A stretch of DNA of 63,991 bases, the filler included, from Circinaria calcarea (Eukaryota), in the NCBI GenBank assembly GCA_051942165.1. It is 7 parts of 7 records of this genome, joined end to end, with 100 filler letters (N's around TTAATTAATTAA, not from the genome) between each part and the next. Parts side by side here need not be neighbours in the genome. Positions count along the whole stretch, not along the records: positions 55,643 to 63,991 come from JAVECS010001127.1; 6 more parts are not named here. The stretch is one strand, 5' to 3'. This document shows, piece after piece, positions 59,918-63,991 of this stretch (position 1 is its first letter; the number at the start of each line of letters is the position of its first letter). Made by a program: the position numbers and the translations under genes. A model generated the notes under the pieces. It was given only the letters and a program-made list of their open reading frames with translations. It was not told where the DNA came from and ran no database searches.

Positions 59918-62212
59918 ATGGCGCAGATAGTTTACACTGGATTGAATGACAACAGGGCTGGATCTGGCTCGTTGTTTCAGGGCCAAAAGATCTGGTTTTC
60001 CCAGAGAGTACCCAGCCGGAGTCAATTCATCGAGCAAGTGAAGGTATCTCCACTCTGAGCTGGCATCTGGCCCCCATGATCATGAAGGAGGCCTGATTCC
60101 GACTAGGCGAACGGCGGCGAGGTCGTGCAGTTGGAGAAGTTTGCCGATATCAAGATCGTTGATCATGCGCGGAAGGAGAGTCTCCCCGGAACGTATGATC
60201 CTCTCACCCGATCAATGAATCTTCAAAGGGGGCTGACTTGATTGCTAACAGCCATTCTTGGAAGTACATCGATCTATCAATACGAAAAGGGATTTTAGAG
60301 GACCTTGACAAACACCGAGTAGGGCCTCCAGCGGGGACGACCAGAGATGTTGGATCAGTAGTACAACCTGCTAGAGGTAGCCGGACTCGCTTTACGGCGG
60401 AGGATGACCGCGTACTCTATGATTGGGTGGAAGCATCTGAAGATCAAGGGAGTGCGGCTGCGGGTAATGTGATCTATCAGCAGCTTGAAGCAAATGTCTA
60501 TCAAAATCGGATGATTCATGCTTCTAATCGCTAATACTTCCGCCAGAACCCGCGCCATACGTGGCAATCTTGGCGAGATCGATGGGTGAGGCATTTGAAG
60601 GACCGACCGCGCCCTGCTCGAATTCCTGCCAATGCTCCACCTACACCTCCCTTGGAGCAGATAGCGGAGCACAAGGTCAACTTGAGACAACACAACGAGA
60701 CCAAGAAAGTCAAGGCGAAAGCTGCAATCTTCACAGATGAAGATGCAAAAGCTCTACTCGCACAAGCCGGAGATATCTTGAATATGCACCCCGAAAGGAT
60801 AGATGATGCCTGGCAAAAATGGGCTAAGGAGGTGCGTCAACAAGCCAGGCGATACGAGTCATATATACTGAAGGACTACCTAGTACCAACAACACACTGC
60901 TCAAGATTGGCGTAACTTTTGGGAGCAGAGTATTTGTCCAATCTATTTAAGGAAGCAAGGCTATCGGACAGGTGTAAAGGGTGAACCAAATGGAATTCTA
61001 GCACCGAAAACCCACAGTTCACTAATCGCCCAGAAAAGCCCTTCCTTCAGACCGGATTCGCCACAACGGGCATCTGCGGATCAACCACATTTACAGGACG
61101 ATGTAAATCGCTCCCCAGCCCCCAATGACTACGTCCTGGAACAGTCTATTGAGCCCATTGAAGTCAGTGCTGCATTATCAGACCTGGAACTTCCTCCGGA
61201 GGGGCGCAAAACACCAAAACGGAAGCGACATATGTATGAACCTGAGATCCCTTCAAGCTCGCCATTCAAACCTCTGGTAAAGACGACGAACAAACGGCTT
61301 CGACCAGACGAGGTACTTACTAAGCAAAGAGAAATCCCGTCAACACCTGAAAAAGGCTCGACGGTTGATGTCCAGGAAGAAGTCATACTGCGAGATACGG
61401 GATTCATTGACCTTGGGAGTGACTGTTTAGTAGCTGAGGATGAGGACGACAGCAAGGATGTAGATGAGGATGACGGCAAGGATGTAGATGAGAACAGGGA
61501 GGATGAGGAAGATATAACAGGGCACCAGGCATCTCAGTCGTTGTCGGAGCCGGATCATCAATGGATGAGCGCAAAATCGAATCTTGAGGACTATCAAGAA
61601 GAAATTGACTTTGACCTCCCACCACCCGAGGGTGGTTGGGACTCTGACGCCGGTAACGAACGTGATGTTGAGGAGTTTGATCATCCAACACCTCGAGGTG
61701 CGAGAGTGGTGGTTGAGGACACGCAAGCCTTGTTGAATGGGAATATACCAACGCTGGACTTGACTGTTCCAGATCCCGATGAAGACTGGGGCTCCTTGGT
61801 CCATCCCCCATCTTCACCTCCACCTCTGCCAGCATCGGATTCCTCTCAAGATACGCCTGAAAGCGGTGCTGCAACTGGAGACGCTGAAGTGGAGGTACTG
61901 GATGAAGAGGCCGCCAACCTGGAGCTGCAGAAATGGGCCGAAGAGCGCATGGCAGCCAGGGTTCCGCTAGAGGATATCGAGATTGCTTTGAAGAGTACAA
62001 GCAACAACCTCGACCTTGCGGACGTGGTGCTGGAGTCTTTGGCCCAACACGCCGGTATTCCGCAGGGTATGATGGGGGTATGGACAGAAGAGGATGATGC
62101 TGACGTCGTTGCTGCCGACGCGCGGAAGATCGCGAGGCTCCACCGCAAGCATGGTGAAGATGCCTTTGACAGGCGGTTTACCTTTCTGGAGATCTACAAC
62201 GAGGATGCGTGA
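59918..62212 (+). CDS. RAP1: Telomeric protein Rap1 (BRCT - Myb - RCT)
   Basis: BRCT LFQGQKIWFSQRVP.R..FIEQVK|ANGGEVV, Myb RTRFTAEDD..GNVIYQQLE..NPRHTWQSWRDRW, C-terminal ALKSTS...A..VL..L....GIP....GVWTEEDD..KHG..R..FL; four introns. Confidence 0.9.
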
Positions 62213-63991
62213 CTTCATGCGCAGAGGAAGAAGGCCGGACGCTCTGATGCTACGAATGCCTCTATAGATATCACGAGTTTCTTTGGAGCATTGCTGTCTC
62301 TGCAGTAGCTCCTCCTATCCCAGCTGTTGCTAGCGAAGCAATAATACCGGACATCCATCTCCTCGGGTTGCATACAAGCTCATCTGACTCTCTCTCCACG
62401 AAGACCTTAGTCTACTCCATAGGTACTCTGTAGTTTGCATGAACTAAGGTAGAGCCAGGCCCGTCTACTTAGGGCTGAAGGAGAGGGCTCTAGCTCCGGA
62501 TCCTCCGTAACTTATCGGCGGTGTACGGAGTTAAGCTCGGCCCTTTTTCTCATTGCTGTGTGTGTCTCACTCCAGGCTACCTTAGACTGTAGAACCCTGC
62601 AGAGGAAGGAGCCTTTGCCGCGTTGATGACGTTGACTCGGTCTGTCCCTCCCGATCTTCCGGTTTAGCGAATGCCGATAGGCAGATCACCCTCGATCGAT
62701 TTGTGCTCCATCGCATTGCATGGCCGTTTCCAGGAAATGCGAACGAGCTTCCGCCAAACAGGTTCTCTTTCTCCCCCGTCTCCGACTCCCAGCGCATGCA
62801 GCCCCGGCCATTTTTCCTTTTTTCTCCTGCGACCCGGGTTAAGATGCCATGTGGTCGCTGCCAGGGCCCAGCGTGTCACCAAAAAGAAGATTATGCAGGG
62901 GTGCGAAGAAATCGTCGTGTGCCGACAGCCTCCTTTTGATTGGTCTGAAACACGTTGTCTCGCGTTTCCAGGGAGAACAGGGCCAGGGGCGTTGCTACGG
63001 CGGACCGTAGAGTCGTTCCGACCGTCCATGCGGCTGATATCCATTGGACTCCTGTTGTCAACCACGAGACTCTGCAAGCATCTGCAGAGAGCGGCGCGAC
63101 CCAGCAGCAAACCCAGCTTCCCGCCGGGAGACTGATAATGACAAGGCTCCGTTGCGATATGCGACGCTCATGGCACCCAAGCATATGGCTGAATTATGGA
63201 AATACTGGCCGACCCGCGGGCGTGTGGTGTGACTCGCAACGCTGATGGCAGTCCAAGCGTGCCGTTGTCACCGCGTATCGAGTCTCGAATTCCAATTGTC
63301 TGGCCCCGTGAAGAGTGTAGGATTCCGGCCATGTACGTACACGAATCCTGACGGGAGGACAACGACGGTCCGCTGGGAGGATTCGAGGGTCCTCGCGAAA
63401 CCGGGATAACGTGCTCCGGAATCGATTTCCTGCCTTCCGGTGGCTTGGAGTATCACCCATCTTCCTTCGGCGTTCGAGGCTCCCGGCCAGCGTCAAGAGG
63501 CTTCCCAAAAGAGGCAGTTGGAACCCTCCCCGATCTTCATGATAGCGGAGATGTTCCTGTCTCCCCGTGGGCGTGGGCGTGGGCTGCTGTTGTCTGTCCT
63601 GTCATCCAGGATCTACCTGTGCCTCAGATTTAAAATTCCCGATGCACGATAACATCACCGTGGGTGGCCTGGTGGAGATTTGATAGTCACGGATTCAGTA
63701 AGTATTGTTCCAATTAAGCTGCGCCGACGGGAGCATGTACTAGCAGTACGAGCTGCTCCATCCTTCATCCATCTCACTGACCATCATCCCGTCTCCCTCG
63801 TAAGGTCGAGGGGTGGTCTATTGTAGCTCTTTGCGACTCCACCTTCCCCCGACTCGATATCTACCCACGTGGACTTCCCCGGGTCTTCCCTTGCCACTCA
63901 TCTCCACGGCCACATCGAGATTAGCAGTCTTCTACTAGGTAGACGTCAATCTGGCAGCTGACACCCCGGCAGGCGAAGTCACTTGATATAT

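Noticed and set aside
723..62212. TPP1-like and RAP1 genes as a telomere gene cluster
   Set aside because: Different contigs; co-occurrence follows from length sorting.

Overview
Filamentous ascomycete (Pezizomycotina) genomic DNA with GT-AG introns and RIP-like decayed repeats; a lichen-forming fungus is possible but not provable here. The window is NOT one locus. It is seven ~9.2-kb contigs, apparently sorted by length, joined by artificial 100-bp linkers (N44-TTAATTAATTAA-N44), so adjacency across linkers means nothing. C1 (1-9184): decayed genes (TPP1/Est3-like shelterin pseudogene, F-box pseudogene, small nuclear-protein pseudogene), a MITE and a transposase start. C2 (9285-18468): secondary-metabolite cluster fragment (P450, PTH11-like membrane protein, FAD oxidoreductase). 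C3 (18569-27751): an intact SAT-KS-AT-PT-ACP non-reducing PKS with no TE, resembling GsfA (norlichexanthone synthase) and flanked by transposon relics. C4 (27852-37021): accessory island (PD-(D/E)xK-like protein, His/Cys small protein split by a 164-bp element, APH-like kinase, AA11-like relic, repeat protein). C5 (37122-46290): housekeeping genes (IDP1, C1-THF synthase, eIF3i, LRO1). C6 (46391-55542): DCG1-like racemase, solo LTR, patatin-NB-ARC-TPR NLR, BCS1-like start. C7 (55643-63991): MFS pseudogene, SWF1, RAP1. Family calls come from motif recognition and recall, not database searches.
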